Shown here one piece after another: positions 48,486-59,800 of a stretch of 64,000 nt of DNA (within the stretch, counting starts at the first letter, position 1; each line of letters starts with the position of its first letter). The DNA lies in NCBI RefSeq assembly GCF_964188315.1, contig NC_135666.1, positions 2,604,001 to 2,668,000 on the forward strand, in the 5' to 3' direction. The DNA is from Podarcis muralis. Taxonomy: Eukaryota. The notes under the pieces were generated by a model. That model was not told the origin of the DNA and searched no databases. It was given only the letters and a program-made list of their open reading frames with translations. A program made the translations under genes and the position numbers.

Positions 48486-50116
48486 CTATCGCAGGGAATC
48501 CGGGATGGAGCAGAGTCTCGGGTTGGGGGCGGCGGGGTGGCCCTGGGCCCCCTGCTGGAGCTGCAGGGTGCGGGCCGGGCAGGGGATGCCCAGCCAGGCG
48601 CGGCCAGGAGCATCCCTGGCGCCCGCCTGGAGCTGCCCCAGGTGCGGCGGGTGAGGAATGACCAGGGAGGCCCTGCTGGCGTGGCAGAGGCAGTGGAGCA
48701 TTTCGCTGGGGGCATCCAGCCGCGGCCCCACCAGGCTCTTGGGCTTGGTGGTGATGGGCTGCGGCTGCCCCATGGGCACCACGGAATGGGCGCTGGAGGT
48801 GGGCAGGGCCGGCAGGCTCAGCCGGCGCTGGCAGTGGAGCATCTCGGCGTGGGGGTCCATCACAGCCGGTGGGGCACTCAGCTTCGGCCCTTGCTCCGAG
48901 CCGGGGGCCACACCCTGGAGGTGTCCAGCGGGGCCCGCTGCTGTGTGGGGACCGGGTGGAGGGTCCGCGGGAAGAGACTGTGGCCCATGAGGGGCTCCGT
49001 GCTGTTGCTGCTGCTGCTGCTGGGGCTGCTGCTGCTGCTGTTGTTGCGGCTGCTGCTGCGCCTGCTGCCCGGAGGGGGCAGCCCGATGGACGCCCGGAGT
49101 GGGGTCCCCGGGCAGATCCTGGCGGGGGGCCGGCGTGGCCCTCTGCGCGGCCGAGGCGGGGTCCCCGGGGAGCGGGGCCTGCTGCTGGAGGCCGGGAGCC
49201 ACCGCCAAGAGGGCTCCGGCCAGGGGGTCAGCTCCCAGGACCTGCCGGTGGGTCCTCTGGTGCGCTCGGAGGGCCGACTCGCCCTTGAAGCGCTTGGGGC
49301 AGCAGGAGCAGGCGTGGGGCCTCTGCTGGGAGTGGGTGCGCTGGTGGGCGGCAAGGTTGCCCTTCTGGCTGAAGCGGCGGCCGCAGGTGGCGCAGGGGAA
49401 GGGCCTCTCGCCCGAGTGGATGCGGCGGTGGGTGATGAGGTTGGCGCGCTGGTTGAAGCGCTTCCCGCACTCGGTGCAGGCGAAAGGCTTCTCGCCCGTG
49501 TGGATCCGCTGGTGGGTGATGAGGTTGGGCCGCTGGCTGAAGCTCTTCCCGCAGACGTTGCAGGGGAAGGGCTTCTCCGTCTGGCGGCTGCCCCGCGGCA
49601 CGGGCGTCTTGGGCTCTGGGGCGATCAGCCCCTCCTGGACGGCGTGAGTGCGCTGGTGGGCCGCCAGGTTGGCCTTCTGGCTGAAGCGCTTGCCGCAGCG
49701 CAGGCAGGGGAAGGGCCGCTCGCCCGTGTGGACCCGCTGGTGCGTCAGCAGGTTGGGGCGCTGGCGGAAGCGCTTGCCGCACTCCAGGCAGGGGTAGGGC
49801 TTCTCGCCCGTGTGGATGCGCCCATGCGTGATGAGGCCCTGCTTCTGGCGGAAGCACTTCCCACACACCACGCAGGCGAAGGGGCCCGAGCCCAGGCCCT
49901 GAGAGGGGCGCCCGGGGCCGCACAGGCCCGGCTCACACGAGGCCGCTTCCTCCTTCTTGACACGAGGCTGCTGCGCCCGCAGCTGGGCAGCGTTGGGCGC
50001 CAGGAAAAGGCCCGCTCGGGAGCTGTCGGGGAAGAGCTGGTAGCGCTCCAAGCTGGCCACAAAGCCCTTCTGGCCACCTTCCTCCTCCTTGATGGCCTTG
50101 CCGCGGCCGGCTGCTC
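48486..50116 (-). CDS. Unnamed C2H2 zinc-finger gene, terminal exon (7 fingers, 3+4, then a long Pro/Gln-rich tail)
   Basis: Seven CxxC...HxxxH fingers with TGEKP/TGERP linkers; acceptor ccccttcag at 50118-50117, phase 1. Helices do not match ZNF775, REPIN1 or ZNF467 as I recall them. Confidence 0.9.
49002..49067 (-). repeat. Coding CAG/CAA repeat (QQAQQQPQ7PQ7)
   Basis: Direct reading within the 48486-50116 ORF. Confidence 0.9.
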
Positions 50117-50335
50117 CTGAAGGGGGCAGGAAGAGAGAAAGGGAGAAAAAGAGGTGGAAAGGAAGCATGAGAAGGGGCGAGAGGAAGACAGCACAAGGAG
50201 GCCTTTGCCGAAGAACGGAGTAGCTTCGTTTTGGGCACCAATTCTCCGGGAGAAAGCATCAAAGGCCACTCCTATGAGAGAATGTATAAAGCAGTCTGGG
50301 ATATGGTAGGCATGGTTAAGCTTACATATATGAAA

Positions 50336-50526
50336 AAATTCCTTCCAGTAGCACCTTAAAGACCAACTAAGTTAGTTCTTGGTATGAGCTTTCGTGTGCA
50401 TGCACACTTCTTCAGATACACCATGCACACGAAAGCTCATACCAAGAACTAACTTAGTTGGTCTTTAAGGTGCTACTGGAAGGAATTTTTTGACTATGGC
50501 AGACCAACACGGCTACCTATCTGTAA
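50336..50526. mobile_element. Penelope-like remnant, inverted arm pair, with hammerhead motif at 50382-50419 (minus strand)
   Basis: Same structure as 6001-6215; GUAU-CUGAAGA-A-GUGUGCAUGCACAC-GAAA-GCUC-AUAC intact on the minus strand. Confidence 0.75.
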
Positions 50527-51314
50527 CTTACATATATGGTGAGAACCAGACAGGGCAAGGCAATGTATTTATCAATTAATGGGCTGTTTTTACAATATAC
50601 TGAAGTAATAAGGTGCAGGATAATGTAAGCCCACTTGTGTTACTTGGAACCTGGTGGTATTAATTTATTATTTATTTATTTATTTATTTAGGTATGGAAC
50701 TTTGCTCCTATATGTTTATTTCTAGATATTCCTTTCTGCTTTTATCAGGCCTCTGTTGCTATACTTGCTATGTTATAAATATATGTAAACAATAAGAAAC
50801 CAACTAAATATGAAGAATAAGGAGGTATGCCCTGAATGTTTGGGGCAAGGCTGCTGGGGGAGTGAAAAGGTCCACAAAATGCCGTATTTCTGCACAGGCA
50901 ACGATCCAGACAACATCCAGCCTGTACATTCAGGGCTGGGAGGGGGGCAAACCATTTTTTATAAAGAATAAATGGGTTGTTCTTATCCGCCTGTCTCAAG
51001 AGACAATGGAGTGCACCTCCAGGGGTGAGGTCAAATGGCTGACGAATCACAGCACCTGCTGTGGCTGCAGAGAATGGTAAGTAAATGTGTGCCTCATTAG
51101 TTATTATTTTAGAACAGAAGTGGCTCTCCCAAATATCGTCAGGCTCCCAGCTCCCATCAGTCCCCTTCACCAGCATAGTCCCTGGCCAGGGATTATGGGA
51201 CTTGAAGTCCAGCGTCATCTGAAGGGCCACAGGCTGCCTCCCCATTGGCCTGGCAACCAAAACTGCTGCTGGAGTCAACCAATAGCCAACAGCCTCTGCT
51301 GGATGGCTCCTCAC

Positions 51315-51428
51315 CTTGGCAGGAGCCTGTGCACAGCTTGCCTTCCTCCAGCTTCTGGCGATCCGTGACGCCAAGCTCTTCCCACCGTTCAATCCAGGAT
51401 AAGCTCTCGGGTTTGAAGAACCGGTAGC
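51315..51428 (-). CDS. Unnamed ZNF, second KRAB-B-like exon (GYRFFKPESLSWIERWEELGV...)
   Basis: ccctgtgccag acceptor, 114 nt, phase 1-1, G|gtgagg donor. Confidence 0.7.
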
Positions 51429-51859
51429 CTGGCACAGGGAAGAAGCGGTTAGTTTTGCTGTGCTCTCTGTGTGTGAAAAACCTGCCCTTGCCTTCTTGGC
51501 CAACAGGAAGACTTGGAAGAAGAAGAAGGGGCCACACCTGCAGAGTGACCAAAGCCAAAAGGTACCACAGGCATTGTCTGCCAAGGGCCTCCACAAACTC
51601 TGGTCGTGGCCTCCGTGGCTTTTATCTCTGTTTCAGCCCCCTTAGTTCCACACACTCAACCCCAGCACCCCCAACCCTACTCTTAAGCACTATTCAGAAC
51701 AGCAGTTCTGAATACAACCCACTAAGAAATATAAGAATGCAATAAAATCAGAAACAGTTATCAATTAATTGCACAAATATTCCAAACCAAATTTAGTTCG
51801 ATTAATTCAACAAAACTGATGAAGGTGATCCAGTGCTCCCACTCTGCTTAGTGGCTTAC

Positions 51860-51970
51860 CTGGGCAGGGATCTGTTGGAATCCCTCTGCTAGAGTCCAGC
51901 TGATCACCAACACACTGCTCTCCAGCACGCTCGATCCGAGACAGGAGATCAGGTTTGAGAACCGGGTAGC
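51860..51970 (-). CDS. Unnamed ZNF, first KRAB-B exon (GYPVLKPDLLSRIERAGEQCV...)
   Basis: ccttctccag acceptor, 111 nt, phase 1-1, G|gtaagc donor, KPDLLSRIE motif. Confidence 0.8.
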
Positions 51971-52622
51971 CTGGAGAAGGAGGAACACCATTACGCTCCA
52001 TTGCGGTGGCTTTTAAAAGGCTGACTCAGGTTTCCACACCTGGCACAGAGAAAGGAGCACTCCTTGAATGCAGATGCGTTGGAGAGGCGGCCCCTCTGTA
52101 CCCCACCACACCCCAGGACAGGATCTTAAAGGGAGAGGGTTTCTTTCCGGTAAAAATATCTACCACAGAATCACATCTGCACACAGAGGCGAATGGATGG
52201 CAAACTGATGGAGGAAAGGACTATTAGTGGCTCCTGGCCGTGGTGGCTCTGCTCTGCCTCCACATTCAGAGGCAGCGATGCTTCTGAATCTCAGTTGCCA
52301 AAGGACAGGGGAGAGCGGCTGTTGTGCTCAGATTCTGCTTGCGGGCTTCCCGTGACGGGCATCTGGTGGGGCCATCAGGATTCTGGGCTGGATGGCCCAC
52401 TGGCCGGATCCAGAAGGCTCTTCTTGTGTCAAGTAGCCCCAAGAGACTCCTGCACCAAAGCAGACTCAGCCAGCCGCCACCAAACATGGTCCTGAAACCA
52501 GAGAGCTGGGCTCCAACATCACATGCTAGGTGGGAGCTGTGCTGGCTGGGGGGCTTCTGCCTGGAGTGGAGACCTAACAATTAGCAGGAAAGAGGCTGAC
52601 AGACCCTCTGGCCCTCACAATA

Positions 52623-52863
52623 CAGTTGTACCTTGGATCCCAAATGCCTTGTGACTCAAACATTTTGGCTCCCGAACACCGCAACCCCGGAAGTGAGTTT
52701 TCTGGTTTGCGGATGTTCTTTGGAACTCAAATGTCCGATGCAGCTTCCAATTGGCTGTAGGAGCTTCCTGCAGCTAATCAGAAGCCACGCCACGGTTTCC
52801 AAATGTTTTAGAAGTCAAACGGAGTTCCAGAACGGATTCCGTTCAACTTCCGAGGTACCACTG
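52623..52863. mobile_element. Tigger-like MITE
   Basis: TA|cagttgtaccttgg...cgaggtaccactg|TA. Confidence 0.8.
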
Positions 52864-53052
52864 TATTAGCTATCTGAAGTTGCATGGCAGTCTCTCTGCC
52901 TCGTTCTGCATCCTCTGGTGAGGGGAGCTCGCCCCTCTTGAGCAGAGCCAGCGTGAACGAGGAGCCAAGCCTTTCTGAGGTGCCCTACAGGCAAGCCAAC
53001 AAAGCTTTTGGCAAGCAACTGCCTCCCCCAAACAAAACCAGTGGCGTCTTAC

Positions 53053-53083
53053 CCAGGGAAGTGACCAGCTCGTAGTTCTCCAT
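53053..53083 (-). CDS. Unnamed ZNF, probable start (MENYELVTSLG), the C-terminal part of a decayed KRAB-A exon
   Basis: Kozak gtggtgATGG, G|gtaaga donor. 31+111+114+1631 = 1887 nt = 628 aa plus stop. Exon acceptor at 53164-53163 or 53203-53202. Confidence 0.68.
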
Positions 53084-53544
53084 CACCACACCCACCGACT
53101 CCTTGCGGATTCTCCGGGACCTCCTCCGGGGAGACGCAGACCAGGGCAGGCTCAGACGTCACCTGCTGCGACAAGATGGACCGGTCAGCGCTTGCCCAGC
53201 TCTGAGGAAGCCGCCTCAGGCCAGGAAGCCCAACCCAGGAACAACAGGAGCTGCCTTATACCAAAGCCACAGCCTCGGACCAGCAGGGATGGGCAGCGAG
53301 ATGCTTCTCAGATGAGGCTGGACTACAACTCCCATCAGCCCCACCAGCATGGCCAGGGTGGCTATGCCCCGCCTCAAAAGTTGAAGGCAACAATGCATTC
53401 AGAGGGCTCATGCTCTGCTCCCTGGTTTCCCACTGAGGCATCTAGAGGGCCACAGAGCGAGCAGGATTTTTATGGCCAATGGCCAGGGATGACAGGAGAT
53501 GCTTTCAAGGACTGAACCTGGGGCTTTCTGCATTCAAATATAAT

Positions 53545-53670
53545 AATAAATAATGATTTATTATTTATACCCCGCCCATCTGGCTGGGCTTCCCCAGCCA
53601 CTCTGGGCGGCTTCCAACCAAATATTAAAATACAGCAAGACATCAAACACTGAAAGCTTCCCTAGAGCAG
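53545..53670 (-). mobile_element. L2 3' end with TTA tail
   Basis: tttataccccgcccatctggctgggcttccccagcc. Confidence 0.8.
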
Positions 53671-53834
53671 GTGTTGAGCCACTGAGGACCCAGCAGGAAC
53701 GCTACAGGTTCATGATGGGGAGAAAGATTAGACGCAGCACCTCAAATAACTCAAATGTGGAATTGCTAACAAAAAAATATGTCACTTGTCCCTCGGATCA
53801 GCCTCCATGCCTGAGGACTGGAAAGTATCCATTG

Positions 53835-53950
53835 TGGCAACGGTTTTTGTAAAGGGATCTAAGGGGGATCCTGGAAATTACAGGCTGGTTGGCTTAACGT
53901 CTGTCCTTGGAAGACTGTTGTAAAGTATTGTTACAAGATAAAATATCAAA
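53835..53950 (+). mobile_element. CR1 reverse-transcriptase fragment
   Basis: Translates GDPGNYRLVGLTSVLGRLL (CR1 GDPGNYRPVSLTSV motif). Confidence 0.65.
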
Positions 53951-54794
53951 GCTTATAGGAGGAGGAGCCATACCAAAGCTGGACTGGGTGGGTCATTGGC
54001 CTGATCCTGCAGGCTCTTCTTAGGCTCTGTGCATATGTTGTGTGTGCTTCACATTTGTGGGAGGAAGCCCTACACGCCTAGCGCTAGTCACCATCAAATG
54101 GCTGCATCCAATGGGAGCCAAGCCATGCCCATCAAAGTGCACAGGGCGGGGATAGTCAACATGGCGCCCTCCAGAAGATGATGGCATCCCATCAGCCCCA
54201 GGCAGAATGGTCAATGTTCAGGGCTGATGGCAGTCCGATGACATCTGCTGGAGGGCCAATTAGGGCACAGGGACTGAGGAACCTTCCCCAAGCAAGGCGT
54301 CGGGAGGCAAGAAGCAGCTGCCCCAGAGAGCTCCAACCCACGGCTCAGACTTCCCCTGCCCTCACCCTACCTGGGCAGCCTCCTTTGCAGGCATTTCCTA
54401 GGACAGTGATCCAGGGAGGGGAGACCATGTTTCTCCTCGGCAAGTGAAAGGCAAACGGGATTCGTCTTGCGAGTCTGGCCATCCTTCTGGTGGTTTATTT
54501 TTGCTGCTCTTTCCGAAAGGCCCTGCATCAACCGGGAGGAGAAGAGGTTAAGCAAACAGGGTGCTGAGGCCCAGTTCAACCCAAGCCCCCTGCAAATCAT
54601 CTAGCTTTGTTCAATTTCTCTGAGTCTCTGTGCAAAGCTAACGGCTTGTTTTTTTGCTGTTTTGAAAGCACTAGATTCAACCGTTAGGGCTCTGGCCGGC
54701 CGCCGTGAGAAAAGCAGCTGGACTAGATGGGCCACTGGGCCAGGAGACTCTTCTTATGTTCATTGCTGCATGCTGAACACAGAAACTCAAAACA

Positions 54795-54997
54795 AAAAAA
54801 ATTCCTTCCAGTAGCACCTTAAAGACCAACTAAGTTAGTTCTTGGTATGAGCTTTCATGTGCATGCACACTTCTTCAGATACACTGAATGCACACGAAAG
54901 CTCATACCAAGAACTAACTTAGTTGGTCTTTAAGGTGCTACTGGAAGGAATTTTTTTTGTTTTGACTATGGCAGACCAACACGGCTACCTATCTGTA
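54795..54997. mobile_element. Penelope-like remnant, inverted arm pair, with hammerhead motif at 54845-54882 (minus strand)
   Basis: Same structure as 6001-6215; the closing helix II pair is G-U instead of G-C. Confidence 0.75.
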
Positions 54998-57900
54998 AAA
55001 GAAACTCAAGAAAGAATATACATTTCATAAGCTCATTTGCAGCCTCTGGGAGACAAGCCGGCCCAATAAAAGGCTGCCAGGTCTCCTCTCTGTTTGCAGA
55101 CACACAGACACCACTTGGGGAGTTGGGGAGAGAGACATGTGAACTGCAAGACCATAGAGAACGTGAAAAAAAGCAGCAGCAGGTGCCAAATAACAGGCTG
55201 AGGACTACGGTAGCAGAGTCAGGGACTAGATGGCCTTGGGGGTCCCTTCAAACTCTGCAATTCTACGGTTCCTGCCCAGAAATAGAGATGATGCTATAGC
55301 TGCTGCGTTCCGTATGCTAAGGAGTCTGGGTCACTCCGTATCAAAAAACAAAGGAAAGGTGAAGGAAACCACAACCCAAACGAGCAGAAGCCTCTTCCTG
55401 ATGAGTTTCCTGGCTGTACACTACTTGTTTTTTTTTTTTTTTATATGGGATGACCGTCCACTATTTAAAAAAATAGTAAGAAGGGATATGGTGGACGGTT
55501 ATAAAATTATGCATGGTAAAAAAAATTATGCATTGCAGCAAGTTGGACTGGATAACCCTTTGGGTTGTTTCCATGCCTACAAATTTATGATTCTATAAGA
55601 AAGTGGAGGGAGGGAATCTCACACACACCCACCCAGATTACCTCAGGCAATGATAGAGGGCAGAGAAGGCAGGCCAAAGTAACACCCTCTGCTCCCAAAC
55701 GCTGCAGAGAATTCTGCCACCAATGATGAGGTTTTTTAAAAAACGCTTTGCCATTGCTTCATGGCAACCACACTGTGTGGTTTTTATTTTACTTGTACAC
55801 CTTGAAAAGGATTTGTAACCTTAGAGGCATAATATGTGTAATAAATAACAGGACAATTCAATGAAAATTACGAGCAAGGGATTTAAGACAGGAAACGGAA
55901 AGGACTTCTTTGGACGACGCACAATTCACTTGTGGAATTTGCTGACAGAAGACTTAGTGGTGGCCACTAAAAAGAGGATTAGACAAATCCTTGAAGGCTA
56001 CTGAATGGCTGCTAGAAATGGTAGCTTTCTGCAGTCTCATGGATGCCACAGAATACCTTTGGCTGTGAAGCACTAGCCCACAAGAGAGTCCTTGCTTTCG
56101 TTTCCAACTTGGGGGCTTCCCGACACAGCAAGACTTCTTTCCCTGAGCCTCTGCAGACACATCTTTCCCTATAGCCTCAGCTGTCTTCTGATCCACCGTC
56201 TTTCAATCCTTGCTTTAACTGCCTGATCCCAAGATCTCAGGGCACTGCGGAATCTGACCCAGAAAACACAGCCTTGGAATCTTGGACAAAGAATCCAGCA
56301 CCCTGAAAGTCAAGATTATTTTTTCTTCAAAAAGGTTCCTACAGAAGTCCCTGGCCCTTAGGAAAGTTACTTTTCATTCATATGGTGGCTTAGGCAGAGT
56401 CAAAGGTAGCAAAGCAAATGTTGGAGCTGAGCGGGGAATCACAGCATCATAGAATTGCAGAGGATCCAAAGGGTCACGTAGTCCAACTTCCTACCATACC
56501 AGAATCGCAGCTAAAAATCCCTGGCAGGTGGCCATCCAAACTCTGTTTAAAAACCTCAAACAAAGAAGGGAAGCCCACCACCTTCCAAGGTGGTGAACCT
56601 GGGTTTCAAAACTGAAACTTAATAGCCTGCTCACTGAACGGCAGCTGTACTCAACACCCCCAGAGTCGCTCAACAAGATGGGGTCACAGCAGAGAAAGTG
56701 GATACACGTTAACTGGAAGAGCTTTGGCAAAGGAAATTGAAGAATGTGAATTCTTGAAGAAGAATGTGAAGGACACAGTGAAACACTCTGACCAAGAGAG
56801 AGGGGGTGCCTTGTTCCAAGGACCAAGAATCAGCACAAAAGATGGTCTGCGGGGGGTGGGAAAAGGACGGAGTTGCCTCCAGCAATGCCACCCCAAGTCC
56901 CCACTCTCTCTTGGTCCAGCCTGGCAGACAGAATGAGGAGGGAGCAGCTGCCCAGCCTGCCCCTTACAGTCTCTGGAGGTTCCCATTCCAAAACTGCCTT
57001 CTCTGGATACAGGTAGGAGCAGGATCTGCTGTTGCGGCCATTCCACAGTTCTTCTGCCATGTCCATTCAAAGGCACAGACCCATTCCCACAGCCAGAGGA
57101 ACGCGTCTGGCCAAGATAGTTTTTGCCCATAAGCAAATTACAAAAACTTTCACATAAGGTTTCTTCCACTTGGGAAAGGTGCTCTCTTTCAGACAAAAGC
57201 TTTGAAATCTGAACTGATTAATGAGGGGACTAGAAAGGCAAATCCCTTCTTAGTACAAAATGTTTAAGGAATCGAAAGTTGTGCAGCAGTTAACCTTATC
57301 AAGCTGAGGTTAATCGCTTCCTGCCACACTTTGCTGTCAAGATGGGAAACCCAAACCACGGCCAGAAGCACTCAAGGAAAATTTAGAAGCCAGTTAAGGA
57401 TCCAGGAAAGAAACTGGAGAACTGGCCCGACAGTGCACAAAGCTCCACTCCTGACAGCCCAAGCTCCTCCAACGCAGCCCCAAAGCCCCACCCGCCAGCC
57501 AGCCCCACTGCAGCCTTCCCAGCACAACCCACAGAGCAGAAAACAAGCCATTTTTAGCAGCGGACCCAGAAATACAACAGCAATTCCCTCTCTTGTCCCC
57601 AGAGGCTGCAAATATCTTTTTGACCTCTGCCATCCGCACGTTTTCCAACTGAACTGCAAGGGCAACTTTCTGCCAAGGCTCAAGGGCTAGAGAGAAATCT
57701 TTGCTTTCCCCCCCACTCTGGCAACTACCTGCTTCTTTTTTCCAGCACCAGCCTAGCCAGGTTGGAAGAAACCCTCATGTTCTGATCACCAGCATCACAT
57801 TTCAAAGGCGACTAGGCAAGTCAATTTTCAACTATTTTTCAACTTGGCTCTGATTTGGGGTTGGCAAATCAAGAGAGTCAAAAGAGTTGGCCATTTAAGG

Positions 57901-58599
57901 CTGCAATGCTGCACATGCTTTAGCGAGGAAGATAATTTGCTGGACACAATGGAATTTACCTCCAAGTAAACGAGCACAGGATTGTGCTGAACATCAACCT
58001 TTGAAATTTCCAGTTCTCTAGAAGCTATATCCCACCAACTTGGGACCCTGAATCTTGAAATAATAGGTTGCGGGGTTTTCACACTCAACAGCTAAAACAC
58101 TTACCCAGGAGAAATTCCCACTTAATTTGATTAAACTTGCTTCACAGTAGACATGCAAAGGATTGTCCTATAATTCTACCACTACTGCCCTGACTCCAGG
58201 GGCAACCAGAGGCTACGTCCATCTATGGGAAAAGTGCGAATGGGCACCTAATAACCCCCATTTTACAGGTACAAAGCTGCCAAAGTTCAGGGTCCTTTTT
58301 GAATTACAGGCATTTCCAGGCTTCCCCATTCAGACAAAAAAGGCCGCTGTCTCCCTCTTCCCCACTGCAGCCATCATTTCCACAAGTTCACAAGGCCCCC
58401 CAAGCCCATCTTGGCAGGGCAGCCAGCCCTGTCCTCTCAAGGCCCAGGAGGAGGGCTGGGAAGCCTCAAGCTAAACCCTGAAGCCCCAGGGCAACGTTGG
58501 CTCAAAATGAACGAAGAAGGCGGGAAGGGGGCACCACCCAAAGGTGCCCCAGGGCCCACCCATCGACCCTGGCTAGGGAAACGGGCGATCTGCTCCGGA

Positions 58600-59800
58600 G
58601 CCAGCCTTTTGTGCAGAGGAAACTTCAGGAATTCGGGAGGAATTGGGGAAGGGGGGGGGAGGGAGAAATGCATTCAACGCCCGCGGTCGCAGAGGGGAGC
58701 CCACACCGCCCTATAGGGGTGCCATGGGGGGGGGTGGAGAGCAGCACTCCGGGGGGGGGGCAGAAAGAGAGGAAGGAGGGAGGGGCTTTGGAGACCCCCC
58801 CCAGCAGGACCCTCTGAGGGGGTGGCTGAGTGGGAAGGGGGGGTGAAGGGTCCAAACCCGGGTTTTACCCAGCTACGCAGAGAGGGGGCCCCCTCCCTCC
58901 TCCCGCGGAGGGGCTTCCCCTGCGCCCCCCCCCACCTCAGGCGCCCCCCCACGCGAGGCCTCTCCCTCTTTCGGGGGGCTGCGCCTTGCCTTGCACCCCC
59001 CGGAGCCCCTCGGCCCGCCCTTCCCTCGCCCCCGCCCCACCGCCCGGGCGGCCCCCCCCGGCCCTCTCCCTGCCCCCCCGCCCCGCTCACCAGGCCCTGC
59101 GGTGACCCCCTGACCCAGCAGGCGGTGTTGCCATAGCAACACCGTGACGGTCCCCGGCCGTGGCGGACGCGAGGCCCGCGTCACCGACGCATCATCGCCG
59201 GGCCCGGTGACCTCACGCGATGACGTCACGCGGCGGTGGGGCGAGGCCTCGTCTTTCCTTTTCCCTTTTTCCTCCCCCTTCTCCCCGTCTTCTGTTATAT
59301 ATACATATAGGTGTATATATAGATTATTTTTTATTTTAATAGAGCAGAAAGGACCCGGATGAAGGAACCGGAAAGGCCCGCTCGCTCTCTTTCCCCCAAG
59401 CCCCGCCCCTTTTCGCCCTCCACAATACACGCACTTCCGCTTCCCTGCTTCTCCTCACGGGCCTTCTTCCTCTTTCTCCCTCCTTACCCCGCCCGGACTC
59501 GGAAAGGAGATTGGCGCGCGGCATCATGGGAGAGCGAGTTCCCGCCGGGCGCAGAGGCAGGAAATGGGGCGCCGTCCCGTTTGCCCGAGAAGCGTGGGAG
59601 GGAAATCTCGCGATGGCGGCCGGGTTTCGCGCCTTACCTCTCGCGAGAGGCTCTTCCGCTCAGGGCATCATGGGAGGAGGAGTTCTGCGGGAAGCGCATG
59701 AGGCCTACATGGGAAGGCCTCAACTCTTTTGCTGCGGGGCGAGAAAGGAGGAGGAGGAGCCGAGCCAACGCCTTACCTTTTAAGCGCAGCGAGACAGTTA
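58600..59800 (-). promoter_or_regulatory. CpG island, promoter and non-coding exon 1 of the unnamed ZNF
   Basis: Donor TG|GTGAGC ending an exon at 59091; RFX X-box GTTGCCATAGCAAC 59127-59140; CRE TGACGTCA 59221-59228; SBS-like gcatcatgggag at 59521 and 59665. Confidence 0.7.

Noticed and set aside
48261-50120. 619-aa plus-strand ORF
   Set aside because: Antisense shadow of the unnamed ZNF exon, with the repetitive pattern expected from reversed finger codons.
50745-51596. 283-aa minus-strand ORF, possible additional exon near 50830-50940
   Set aside because: An acceptor-like site exists but no suitable GT donor; no homology signal.
56684-57196. 170-aa minus-strand ORF with VEWPQQQILLLP resembling ZNF467 VEWPQHLSLLP
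   Set aside because: The match is too short, there are no convincing splice sites, and the surrounding sequence does not align.
53200-59090. DUF3669 exon expected for ZNF777/282-type genes
   Set aside because: No LWTVVAAIQA or RNRNFW-like sequence seen upstream of any of the three ZNF genes.
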